The notes under the pieces were generated by a model. The model did not search any database and had not been told where the DNA came from. It was given only the letters and a program-made list of their open reading frames with translations. The position numbers were made by a program, and so were the translations under genes. Shown one piece after another: positions 39,159 to 51,121 of a stretch of DNA of 64,000 nucleotides. This stretch comes from Harriotta raleighana (Eukaryota): assembly GCA_050575255.1 (NCBI GenBank), contig JBNZDD010013683.1, positions 2,721,928-2,785,927 of the forward strand, written 5' to 3'. How positions within the stretch are numbered: position 1 is the first letter of the stretch; every line of letters starts with the position of its first letter.

Positions 39159-40099
39159 AAATGTTAATATCTGCCAGCATAACCATTTTGTCTTCCCCGC
39201 AGAACCTTTTTAAACTGATTCAAACCTGTATTTGTCTTTGAAAAGTTCATTCTAGGCTGTTTTCGGACCCTGAAATTCTCATGGATGGTTCCTGTTGTCC
39301 TTGTGCCTGTGAAGGTGTTGGATTGATCACTGTTGGTTTTGCTCATGGTAGGAGAAGATCTTTAAGTTTAGTTGTGAAATGCAGAACGGGCTTGAAAAGT
39401 CTCGATCCACATAAATGTTCACGATTCTAACACACATATATGATTTGCAATCCAAATATTTGACTGAATTTCTGATTGTACAGAATGTATTCGAGTTTTA
39501 GCTGGTTTTGTTTCAACTAAATTGATTATTTATTTTGTAGTAAGGTTCCTCAAGGCAATTCCATTCAAAACTAGATCTATCTGTAACACATAAGGTTAGT
39601 CTTTGTAAATTGATGAATTTCGCTTGGACATTCACGATGATGCTTTTTTGCATTGAATGATCAGTATTTGTTTTTGCTGCAACATTTTCAATGATCTTAA
39701 CTTGTAAATATCTTGCCTTGGAAAACTACAGTGAATTATTAGAACTTTAAAGCAAATTACTCTTTTTTGTCGAATATTTGAACATTTTATTATTCCTCAT
39801 AAGAATAGGATGGAATACTGCACTGATTTTGATGAATAGAATTACATTTAATGAATCATAAAGGATTTAATCTGAGTAATGCCAACTCCAGCAGATTTCT
39901 TGAGAGATGGTACATTGTTTAATGATTTCTTAATAATGTGCCTCTTTCTAAACTCACTCTGCTTTCCTCAAGAACAAATCATTTTTGTTTTCAAATAATA
40001 TGTTAAATCATCTGTAGAAATGGTTTCTAATGTCTTAAATTAATTTCCATAAGGAGGGATTATATTTTTCCCTGTAAAACACCTCCAAAAAACAGAAGA

Positions 40100-40385
40100 G
40101 GGTTCAAGAGTAACAAGATTGGTTCAACCCATCTGATTTCATTCTTCCAGAATAGCCACCTTAGCATCTCCTCTTCACAGCATCAAAGCTATCTAACTCA
40201 ACCAGCATTCTGGGCAACCTGCCCAAGTCATTATTTACCCTCTGAGAAAGGCAAACTTCCAGACATTTTTTGCTGAAATTGCTGTTTGCTGCTCTAAGCA
40301 TTGGTCCTCTTGTTCTACTGACTTGGTGCATTCTAAAATATTGTTCTGAGTTTTGTTTCTTTTCAACACCATTTAAGATGTTATA
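40100..40385 (-). mobile_element. Old CR1 3' fragment
   Basis: ORF 40161-40403 remnants '..YNILNGVEK...YF....SRTRG..L....F.....SQRVNN...LP..LVE..S..A.KRR' follow the CR1 ORF2 C-terminus. Confidence 0.7.
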
Positions 40386-40504
40386 CCAGCTGATGCTTCC
40401 CAATGAAGGATAATGAGGTTGTGTAGGTGAATGCTTTTGAGATTATACAATTCCTGACGTGAAAGGCACTATACAAATGTGATTCTGTTGTTGTGATTGT
40501 TGTT

Positions 40505-40663
40505 TCAATCCACGACTGTTTGTGGCTGCTGTGCGCAATTGGCTGCTGCCTTTCGCCCACAAATATACAGCCAGTTCATTTTACAGTATATACTGTGAAG
40601 CACTTTGAGATGTCTAGAAGACGTGAAAAGCGCTATATCAAATTCAAGGATTATTATTATTAT
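40505..40663 (+). mobile_element. 5'-truncated SINE inserted in an L2 tail, 10-bp TSD
   Basis: GATTGTTGTT at 40495-40504 and 40667-40676; preceded by the L2 tail GTGAAAGGCACTATACAAATGTGATTCTGTTG. Confidence 0.88.
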
Positions 40664-41049
40664 AAAGATTGTTGTTGCTGAGAGAGAAAAATGTGTCATT
40701 TTGATAAAAGCGTCAGTGACTAACCCTAACCTCGTGGGATCAAATCCTTTTTTTCAACATCACCCATCACTTAATATGTACCAGCTGATGCTTCCCAATG
40801 AAGGATAATGAGGTTGTGTAGGTGAATGAGTCAAAATATTTTTTATATCTTTGCTCACAAATGAAGAGGTATCTGTGCAAGGCAACGTGAGGAATTAAAG
40901 TCTACTTCTAGATTGACTTACAACATACATTTATCAACACTTTCCAAACAGTGTAATTACAGGCAACCCATTCAAAATCAGCTGCTAATAATTGACTTAA
41001 TTAGTCTTTTGGCTAGCATCTACATTCTAGTGAAGCGATCTATATTTCA

Positions 41050-41115
41050 AAGAGCCGGCACAGACTAGATGGGCCGAATGGCCTCCTTTTGTGCCGTAAA
41101 CTTCTATGAATCTAT
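41050..41115 (+). mobile_element. CR1 3' tail
   Basis: AGAGCCGGCACAGACTAGATGGGCCGAATGGCCTCCTTTTGTGCCGTAAACTTCTATGAATCTAT; same family as 55047-55250. Confidence 0.8.
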
Positions 41116-42120
41116 ATCAAACGCAAGGATTATTGTCAGTTTAGCACTATTGTGAAGACAGTTCATTGTGTTAATCAGCAGGTGAGAGCTTTCACTGGTT
41201 GGAGCATCCACATTAGATCCCGTTTTGCTTCTTATTTTTTTTACTAATGAATTTGTGNCACTTTGACTTGGATTCCAATCACATTGTTTCGAAAAGTTCA
41301 AAGTGAGAGCTTTCACTGGTTGGAGCACCCACATTAGATCCCGTTTTGCTTCTTATTTTTTTTACTAATGAATTTGTGACAATGTCGCAAACGTGACCCA
41401 TTTGGTTCAAGGGTTCAATCTCATTTGGTTCAATCTCTTCATCAGCATATCAGCTCACATCGGGACAGAGAGGGTAACGTCGACATTTTCAGCTACAGTC
41501 TGGCACGGATCCTCAAGCAAGTGGCTGGCTCTCTTGCTCTTCAGTGCTGGTAAAAAGAACTCTTAGCTGGGCCCACAATATTGCAGCAAGCTGTTAAGTT
41601 TCAATAACTCTCGAGCTTTGACCGCATGGGAATATAATAGCTGCTGGACATCAAACTATTGGAACAGCTAGAGCATGCGTGTGTTTTAAACGTGATTTGT
41701 GGTCCTTTCATAGCACTTCTGACTCACCCGCTAGTTTCCTTGACTGATAGATTTAACATTAATAATGCTGCACAGCACACTGCAATCATCCAATAACACT
41801 GATCCAATGTCAGACTAATGCTGGGCGAGCTTGTGTGTTTCCGGATGTTCTCTTTGAGGCCGGTTGAACAGACTGGCAATTGTCAATAGTCCAAAAATAA
41901 GAGGTAGCTTTCAAATATGTGTATTCTTGTTTCCTGCTTAATTCATAACTCAAGTGGGCATATTGCAACATCAAAGTATAACACAGCAGCAATTTGGATT
42001 AATGTCATATTATTTGTGTAAAAAGATTGTCTCAAATTGCTTAATAACGGAACAGTAGACAAAAGGCTAGAAGTGGGAGAAACGTTCCACCAGGTTCATT
42101 CATTTATATAATGATGAAAG

Positions 42121-42485
42121 TGGAGTCCTGTAACTCATTGGTTAGAGCACTCGCCCGCAAGTGAGAGACCTGGGTTCAATTCCCAGCAGGGCAAAATATT
42201 GGGCAAGTTTCCCTCTTCAACATGCCTTTGATTACCTTTATATGTAGGAAACCAGTCTTTAGTCGATTGATTGATTGTTTTTCCGGGTGTAATAACTTCT
42301 TAAAATGTACAATAAATTGGTCATTTCAATCCACAACTATTTTTGGGAACTGCTGTGCACAATTGGCTTCTGCCTTTCATCTACAAAATATAGAGTCAAT
42401 TCACTTTACAGTATATTCTATGAAGCACTTAGAGACATCTCGGAGACATGATAAGGCACTATATCAATGCAATCATTATTATTAT
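42121..42485 (+). mobile_element. Full-length Deu-domain SINE, long-central-segment (old) variant
   Basis: TGGAGTCCTGTAACTCATTGGTTAGAGCACTCGC head; extra ~65-nt segment at 42230-42295; core and tail present. Confidence 0.9.
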
Positions 42486-42769
42486 ATTTGAGAGTGAAAA
42501 TGCTGCTTTGGGATGAATATTTCATTCAGACACACTCTGGTAGTTCAAAACTGGAATCAAGAATGAAGTTATTAGTCTTCCTGGGAGCTGAAAATTTATG
42601 TCTGAGGTTGTGAGGATGATGTTAAGATTTGGGAAAATATAGAGATTAAATCAGTGAACTTGTTCAGCAAGAGAGTATTATAGAGCCTTATCACATTGAT
42701 AACATCTCAGAATGCTTGATAGGTAATTACTGTCAGTTTCAGTGAATATTTCTTATATAGACCAACACC

Positions 42770-42975
42770 ACAACTACCGTATTTGTAACAGCAACATCTT
42801 TACATGAATAAGCTATTAATCTTGAGTACTATTGGTCTAGACACTGGGAGAAAATCTCCTTTCTCCTTTCGAATAGTACTGAAGGATTTCGTAATGCACA
42901 TTCTCACAGGCAAACTGGACCTTGGTTTAATGTTTCATCTGAAAAAAAGCATTTCTGACAATTCAACTCTCTCCC
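42770..42975 (-). mobile_element. SacSINE1-like fragment
   Basis: GACACTGGGAGAAAATCTCC...GAATAGTACTG...GACCTTGGTTTAATGTTTCATCTGAAA is the reverse complement of the 53570-53680 region. Confidence 0.65.
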
Positions 42976-43329
42976 AACATAAAAAAAAAGAAATATTATG
43001 GGTTGGTCCGTGATACAGTGTGAAGTCTGCAGGGAAGATGCATTGCCCTATTACTGTACAAGTATTTTATTGTGCTTGACACATGCCATAAATTTGGAAT
43101 AGTTGATTGGAATAGCCCTTGGAATAGTTGACTGTTTAAAGCAAAAAAAAAAAGTGGCTAATATTTCATTTAGACACACTCCGGGAATTCAAAACTGGAA
43201 TCAAGAATGAAGTTATCAGTTTTCCTGGGAGCTGAAAATTTATGTCTGCCATCGTGGTTGCTAAGGATCAACCAACTTCCTCCTGCCCAATGGTAGATAG
43301 CTCTGGCCTTTGTAGATCTGGAAGGCTGC

Positions 43330-43960
43330 AAATCCTTAATTTTATTAAATAGACATCAGTTTCTAATTAATTAGGCAAACGAACCACACAACTGTTTCCA
43401 TGGGAAGCTTGGGCGAGCTGAAAAAGTCAAGATTCAGCATATTAAATCACCTACTTAGCCTGTGCCATTTAAAAAAGGCACTGGAGATAGAATTTATGAA
43501 AATGAGTGTGATAGAAGTCAAAATTAAATCAGCAGTGTAGGTGGTTGTACTAATTAACTTTCTAAAATCGTCTTTCCAGTGTTTATATTGGGCAACTTTC
43601 TGAATTGCATTGGGTTGTATTACGTATGAGGATGTAAGGAAATGTGCTAATGTATTGCAACAGATGCTTAAATTAGTAGCGACAGTCTGTGCTGACAGTT
43701 ATCACCTGCAAATTAGAAAAATTACACACATTAATTGCTTTTTTCTTTTAACAGTTCCCATTAATCATTAGCAGGCCTACTCCAATTACTTTCTAAGTTG
43801 TCTTTACAGCGGGAAAAAAAAGATTAAATTAAGCTTGAAATATAATTACAATAGATAAAGGGCACGCCGGGCAAACTTTTCTATTCTCATTTAGTTTCCG
43901 CAACCTTCACGTCAGGAATATCGTTTGGCCAGCAAGCAATGGTTTAGATAAAGTCTTTCA
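43330..43960. promoter_or_regulatory. Candidate conserved non-coding element (developmental enhancer-like)
   Basis: Repeat-free and dense in TAAT/ATTA homeodomain cores (CTAATTAATTAG palindrome, ATTAATCATTAG, ATTAATTG), TGACAG (Meis/TGIF) and ACAATAG (Sox); composition inference only. Confidence 0.4.
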
Positions 43961-44379
43961 AGGCTTGTGTTTTTTTTTCTTAAAAGAAGGATTTAGAAAT
44001 GTACAAAAAACAGTCGAGTTTCTCACTGGAGATGAGCTGTTTTGAGGTCCATGTTAAATTGAAGGAAAGAGAGGACTGTTGAAGATGACTTTAGGGTCCC
44101 AATCTGTCCATTCACATTCACCAACAGTTAAGGCCAATGTGCATCTCTGTGCAGAGCTATTCGTATTGTTATGCAGTGCAGCAGAATTGTGAGGCTTGAA
44201 TCTACAGTATTGCTGTATGTGGCTGGGAAGAGATGCTGCACAGAATACCGAAAAGGTAACTGGCCCGCTGTACGTTTTCGTATTGAATTGTGGCCAGTTT
44301 TCTTTAACCCTTTGTATGTCGGGTGTTAATAAAGGATAGAATGAACTTCAATCTTCAGTGTTTCTGCCCCCAACCTTTG

Positions 44380-44590
44380 CAACGCCATCCCACATTTCCT
44401 TTGTTTTGCTCCCCCCCATCTTGCCTCCTTCAAGGCATGTCTCAAAACCATCCCCTTCGACCGTGCCTTCGCCCTCCTACCCTCCCTGCCCTCCACCCTC
44501 TCCGATCCTGATTCCTCCCCGCCCCCCAGCTCAGGTCAAAATCCCTGACTGCCCTGGGTACCTGACACGAGAAAGGAGGCTGGCGGTTGT
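44380..44590 (+). mobile_element. L2 LINE 3' UTR/tail fragment
   Basis: GCCTCCTTCAAGGC..TCTCAAAACCATCCCCTTCGACCGTGCCTTCG, C-rich tract, GAAAGGAGGC; homologous to 1730-1880. Confidence 0.75.
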
Positions 44591-46365
44591 TGAATACTGA
44601 GAGCTGAACAGTTTCTCTTCTCCTCCCGTAACCGTCTGCAGAAACAAATATTCACCAAGAAAAAATAAACTCCTATTTTTACAATAGACAATTAATTCTA
44701 TTTCTTTTTAATGTGTCGCAATTGCTTTTTCACGATGGTATAATGGTGTAGTGGTACCATTCTGCTGTCGGATCTTTCTCTTTGAGTCACTGAGTTTAGC
44801 TCACCATTTGATTCTCTTTCTCTGACTGCAATGGACGGGCTGAGCTACGCAAACCCAGCAGGTATTTCTGTTTAGGTGAACACAAAGTAATACTGGAATG
44901 AGGATTTGGAATACAATTCTGTTCTGAATTCTTCATTGATGATTTGAGGTTATGAATGTTGTTTGGTTTCCACCCCCCATCTCCCTCTCTCTTTTTTAAA
45001 CAGCTGCAACAACAAGAACACCTTGGATTTACATAAGTTGTTCACATCTTGGAACGCTTCACAGGGACAGCAATGGATGCCAAGGAAAGGAAGGTGAGGG
45101 GGAATTGGATCAATATGTAATTATAAGGGCAAAATGCTACTTTAAACCTTATCCTTTTTTTCATTGATTTGAAATTTGTTTTCTCTTATTTTTATTTAAA
45201 TTCACTTTTTTGTGGTCGAAACAAGCTCAGAAAAAAAAAGAAAGGCAGGTCAGGCAATTGAATGTTTGGATGGTGTTCGAGGGACTAATTAAAAGTGAAA
45301 ATAAGATAACTGAAGGGTTGAAATACTTTTAAATGTAAACTGTTTGCCCCCTTTCTGTTCCACAGTGTTGGGATTTCTAATCCATTCCCACCCACCAAGC
45401 CAATCCACTACAGGATGCCTCCATACAACCCTAACTGACTCATATCACCTGAAAGTAGATGTGTTCCCTTGATGACATGTGCAAGAATCCTCACAGAATC
45501 TGTGCACGATCTGTCATTGAGTTGTGTCTTGGTTGAAAGTGGGCACAAATAGTGGGGGGGGATCTTTTTTTCTCTCCCTTGTTGAACCAGGATCTGTTGA
45601 AGTTTGACTGTCACTGCAAATCTCAAAAGAGAAGCTCAACTCAGGTTTGATGTGCACATAAACTAACTTCAGCAGGAATTCAGCAGGGCCCGACTGATCT
45701 GCTTCACACTGATCCAGTGCAAGTGATAATTAACACATCACAGGTCGCACTTTACGCCCCATTGAGTTGGCACCGTTGCAAAGAGGCTGAAGATTGCCAT
45801 AAACTCAAGCTTTAGACCTTGAGTTTATTCTAACCTTGAATTATTCATACTGGTTTATTTCTAAATTAAGTGTCATAGGGGTGTTTATTAGTTTCAGTGT
45901 GATGGAGCTGTTTCCTTACTTTCAAAGTCTATATTAAAAAAATCTTCAGGAATAGTGTATCCAAAATATTCAAGGCGTCAAATGCAGAATATGGGTAGAA
46001 TGGGTTGTACGGGGGCTTTGTGTAATTCTTTAGGACCTGGGTTTGAATCCGTTTTGGGTAAGATGATGTCTCCTTTCTCTGCTGACACCAAGGATTCAAT
46101 TTGTTAGTTGTTTGAGGCAACTCAATTAATGAACTCAGGACTGCTTTGACATGGATTGTGTTGACATGGATTGTGTTGACTGTGTCAGTCATTTGAATTT
46201 CAATCTAAAAAGTCAACAACAACAACTTAGATTTATATGGTGCCCTCCACACTGAACAAAGTCATAGTCAGAGGACCTGTCAGAATAATTAGAATCCTTG
46301 CATTATTATTGTTATACTGTATTGCCTTATCATGTCATTGAGAATCTATTCAGATTACCCCACCC

Positions 46366-46745
46366 CTAGCCAAACAACATTTTTAGATTCTTAAAGACAG
46401 CAATCATGTTGCTTCTCAATCTTTTCTTTTCCAATGTGAACATGCCCAGTATACTCAGTCGCTCTTCATAGTCCAGTCCCTCCATTCCCTCAACCACATT
46501 GGTTGCCCTCTTCTGTATCTTCTCGATTTTCCAATATCCTTTGTGCACTGCGGCAACCAGCACTGTACACAGTACTCCAGGTGTGGTCTCCCCAATGATT
46601 TATACAGTGCGAAGATTACCCCACTATTTTGGTTTGCTGCCACAGAGCATTGTGGTGAGAGCTTCAATTTCTTGTCAATCAGGACCCCCAACTCGTTTTT
46701 ATTTTCCACACGTATGATTGCCCTTCCATTCAAATAATAGTCCCT
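46366..46745 (-). mobile_element. CR1 ORF2 fragment
   Basis: ENKNELGVLIDKKLKLSPQC..AA, LYKSLGRPHLEYCVQCW, IEKIQKRAT..VEGMEGLDYEERLSILGMFTLEKKRLR. Confidence 0.92.
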
Positions 46746-47929
46746 TCCAGGATTTTTGTGGTAAGTGGAGATCTTTAGCTGCAGCTAAGGTTGTATCCTA
46801 GATCCAAAGTTGCCTTTGAAACATACTACACTTACAACAACAACAACAACTTGCATTTGTTTTGGAGTGGTTAACAGTGGCGGAGCATGACATGTTGAAT
46901 CTATTTGTCGCATACCTATCAGAGACGGAGCTAGGAAAACAAACAAGTAGAGTAAAGGCGGTTGGTAGTGTCTATAAAAAGTGGAAGATGCGTTAGCAGA
47001 AGAAGTCTATTCACTCGAGAGCAGCCAAAAGGCTGCAGTGACATAGAAAATATGAAAAACGGAGATGTAACATCTGCTGGGGATACTCTGGTGAGCTTAC
47101 GAGAAAAATAATTGCACTGAACACAGGAAAACGACTGCAGTAAATGTTAACTCACTAGAGAATGAGCTTTTAGCCAGTCTACTTCTGGGAAAGCAGGTGG
47201 TATGTTGTCTGTGCAGCCCGTTTTCCTTTCTACCAAGGAAGCAAAGTTAATATTACTGAACAGCTGAAGAAATAGTCGGTCTGTAAGTTGGTCTTCATAA
47301 AATTTAAAGTGGTTTAACTCATTCAATCAAAGGAATCAGGTTAGATTTTCACAGCAGGTTGTGCAGTATTATTCTTTTCACCTTTCAGTTTAGACAATGC
47401 GATTCCAAGTCCTACAGTGGATCTTGAACCCACAATCTGCTCTGTAACAGTTACAGGTAGTTATCTAGCAAACTATTTCTCATCGGATGACTGACTGGTA
47501 AGATATATTGCTTGATATGTGCATGTGATTACACTGCATGCATCACTGGACACAACATGTAAGTTGTGATTACTTAATCGTGTTGGTTTGCAGTCTCGTA
47601 TCTGTCGCTACAGTTTGTGGATGCATTTCCTGATTGCTGTAAAAATACATCAGGTCATCAAATTAAAACATCAACTCCAGGTGAAGACAACAGCACCCAA
47701 GAACATCAGCACAACAATACCTGTTCAGCTCAGAGCTTTTGTATTTTCAAAGCTTAGACCAAGAAAGTATTGCTTCCAAGAGGTGCATTAACTCTCGCTT
47801 TTATCCTTACCTAGTTCTATGTGTATGAATTTGAATAAATTGCGTTAATGTGACCTGTTGGTACAGCACATGGATTAATCAGTAGACTGTACCATTGACT
47901 TGGTTGATTTTTCACCTTCACAGTTTGAT

Positions 47930-48290
47930 CTCGAGGAAGCAGCAAGGCCATGGAGGGCTTTCAAAGCGAGGACGAGGATTTTGAACACCATCCTCTGGGG
48001 GTTGGAGAGCCAGTGGATCCAGGTGAGGGTTGGAACAATAGGGTCACAAAGCCTGGTGTGGGAGAGGACACAAGCTGCAGAACTTTGGATGATCTGCAGC
48101 TTGGGAAAGGAAGAGTTGGGAAGGCTGACAATCAGAGAGTTTGGCGTGGTCGAGCCAAGATTTGATAACTGTGTGGATGAGGGCTTTGGCAGCCTGAGGG
48201 GACAGGCAGTGGCGGAGCTGGGCGATGTTGGAGATAGGACTGTAATTGGAGAGCAGGCGTGGGTCCAGAGAAGGTGTTTTGAGGACGACA
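47930..48290 (-). mobile_element. L2 ORF2 fragment
   Basis: PKLQIIQSSAACVLSHTRLCDPIVPTLTWIHWL..PQRMVFKILVLALKALHGLA. Confidence 0.9.
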
Positions 48291-48643
48291 TGTCAACATT
48301 AGCGGCAGATTTTGTGAATGGGGATGCTGGGTTGGATGTCACCTTGGTTGATAGTTTGATTGTCAGCTTGTGTTTCCTTGTGTGCTTTGTGGCTCCATTT
48401 GAAAACAAACATCCAGATGCCATTCATTATAAAAAGCATAAAAAGAGGTACTGTGGTATTTTTCCATTAAGAGCTTTCATTTGCCTACCTTTGTACTGCA
48501 GCCCTCCTATAACTACAGATGACGCACATACACCTCGTTTGTAGTGGGAATTTTCTTCACTTGGCGTACATCCCTGTCACCCATACTTATCTTGATCAAC
48601 GTTGCTGTCCAGTCAGGAAATGATTAAACTGATCGCAGTTGAG

Positions 48644-51121
48644 CAGTGAGGTGTGGTGGGTAAAATGACAGGATAAGCATTTCCCTCATAAAGCCGCACC
48701 CCCAAAAGCAGCAGTCGACTGCATTTTCCCATCTTTTACATATTTACAGTTCTAATACTGCTTACAATCCCCCCTTCATCACCTTTGCACCAAACTATAC
48801 TGTATATTAGATGTCAGTTACATTCCTTAGGCCAAGTATAACACTAAGAGTATTTATAAATGTTTAAACTTACTTACTGATATTTATTTGAAGATGAAGT
48901 CCATCCGCCTTTCCTTCTGAACAAAGATTTCCGTAACCAAACTGTAAAAATCAATGGACTTGCTGCCCTGTAGTTTGAAAAGCCTTTTCCTTTTCAATTA
49001 ATTTTATTCAATTCAGAATGATAATGGCTTATTGTCTGTACAAGCCTGGAATGCGAGTTCCACCTTGTCGGCTTCTTCATCAAGAAGCCTCGTGTGTTTG
49101 ATAGATCTGTTGAAAAATAAAGCAAATCCCCCTACTGTTCTCAAAAATATTTTACATTCGGGGATGAGTTTTGCGGACTGAGAAAGTACCAAATTCAACT
49201 TGTGAGCGTATCAGTGTGTCAGTTTCGCTACTGGGGCTTTTATTTTGGCCTATACTTCATTTAGTTCTGATGCCATTACAGAGGCTCCATCGTATGTTTG
49301 AGCTACCAGCTTTTGAAAGCAGTTGTATTTTTCCAAGGCCACTAAAACATACTCTGACAAAGCCACTGCTGTTCTGTCACTGCTCACATCATCAAATCCC
49401 AGAAATGCTTCCTTCACTTCACTGTTCGGCAGGTACCGTAAAATCATAGAGGCCTGAGCTTTGTTACTAATGTCAGTTGACTCGTCTACTTCAACAGCAA
49501 CAAATGGTGCTTGAGAAATCTCTTCTTTGACGTTATTTTTTATAACTTCCCCGATTGTTTCAATCAAATCGTTTTGTATTCTATTAGACAGACCAGAAAA
49601 TACCGAGGACGACTGCAAATTTGTGGCTAACTTCTCATCGTAGCTACCAATGAGGTGTATTAGCTCTACATAATTGCCATGATTAATAGAACAGCTCCTC
49701 TCATCATTACCGTGGAAGGCAAGCTCCTGTCTGATTAGATAGCAAATGGCATCCATCAGCCTTTTCAAAGTTTCGCGGTTTCCTTTGACTTTTTTTATTG
49801 TGCTGTTCAGTATGGATCTTTTGCTGTTCAGTTAGAGCCAAATCTATTTGCGTATTTCCAAAGGTTTTCAGTGCTATCTGGCTTTGGATGTGAGAGACAG
49901 ATTTCTCATGTTTATCGAGAGCATTTGGCAGGTTGTTAAGGTCACTGTAACCGGTTCTTATCCACACACTGTCACTAGTGGAAAATAATAAGCACGAGAA
50001 GCAAAAGAGTCTGTTACTCACAGCGCAGCCACAAAGCCACTCTTCTTACCTACCAGTCAGGCTGAAAAGACCGTGTAAGTTTCTGTCCCCTTCCGTTGAT
50101 GTAATTACTTAAGTCAGGTTTCGGCCTTCCTTTCTTAATTACATCTGATTTTTCTTGAAAAGACATTTTCAATAAGTTACTTAAAGTGTCAATTTCCATT
50201 TAAAAATTTGTTGTCATCGTTGAGGGTAAAGCACTTTAAAATTGATCTTGTGCGGTAAGCACTGACTTGTGACGAGCTGTCTATCGGTGTAAACGATAGC
50301 CACCGTGACCTACTCTCTGGTTGGCTTTACCCGGTAGGCGCAGGAGTGGGGTTAGAACAGTGGTTCCCAACCTGTTTTTGCTGCAACCCAAATTAACCAC
50401 TATCAGATCCTCCATCACTAGAGAGCGATATCATGATTGATGCTCAGCTCAGCCAAAACGTTATCTCCCTCTTTTGTGGACTCCGCACAACGTGTAAGTG
50501 CCCTCTTTATGAATGCAATTGATAGAAAGAGGAAAGGCAGCGGTAGCTTGTGCCTATTTCACCCATTACTGAGACACTGAGGAAGGAACGCGCATTCGAA
50601 CTACATTTAACTCAATGGGTAAAAAAGGCACTGCATCTCGCTGCCTTTCTGTTGCTTTTAAGGTAGGCATATAAAATCGCAGTTTAATAAATTTGGTAGT
50701 TTCTACTAAAAATCGTTTGCATTATGTAAAATGTGCATTGTAAAAATATAAACCATTAAATAATCATCTACAATTTAAAGTTTTTATTTTCATAAGGTAG
50801 GCACTGCCTAACCTGCCTACCCTGACTGCACGTCCATGGTAAATACGTATAGGTCGTATCAGTCAGGACCATAACATTTAATAGGGCTTATGCAAAGTCC
50901 GAGTCACTGCAGAGACGTTTTTTGATAAGAGAATATTAAGTCTTACAAGGAACTATTAACGCTGTAATTTTTGTAAATTTTCTCAGTGAAAAGTTAAAAT
51001 GTCAAGATTGCAATAAAATCGTGGGGCCCTGGTCAGGACCTCATTTGCCTCAGGTAGCGTTTCAATCTATCCATAAAGTTTTTATTTTCATAAGCTAGCC
51101 TACCCTGACTGCACGTCCCTG
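48644..51121 (-). mobile_element. hAT-superfamily (Tip100/ZMYM1-like) DNA transposon, internally deleted, with 8-bp TSD
   Basis: CAGTTGAG at 48636-48643 and 51122-51129; imperfect TIRs CAGTGAGGTGTGGTG / CAGGGACGTGCAGTC (reverse complement of the right end); contains a transposase pseudogene. Confidence 0.9.
48884..50199 (-). pseudogene. hAT transposase pseudogene (TTF-type zinc finger and DUF4371 region), frameshifted and internally deleted
   Basis: ATG at 50199 (MEIDTL..); RSFQPDW, WLCGCAVSNRLFCFSCLLF...HEKSVSH; RQELAFHGNDE, GNYVEL, IQNDLI, VDESTDIS, AQTYDGASVM, YAHKLNLVL, TRWNS; then jumps to the C-terminus FVQKERRMDFIFK* (TAA at 48884-48886). Confidence 0.92.

Noticed and set aside
47900-48544. 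Longest ORF in the window (214 aa, plus strand)
   Set aside because: It is an antisense reading of the L2 fragment running into unique sequence, with no recognisable domain.
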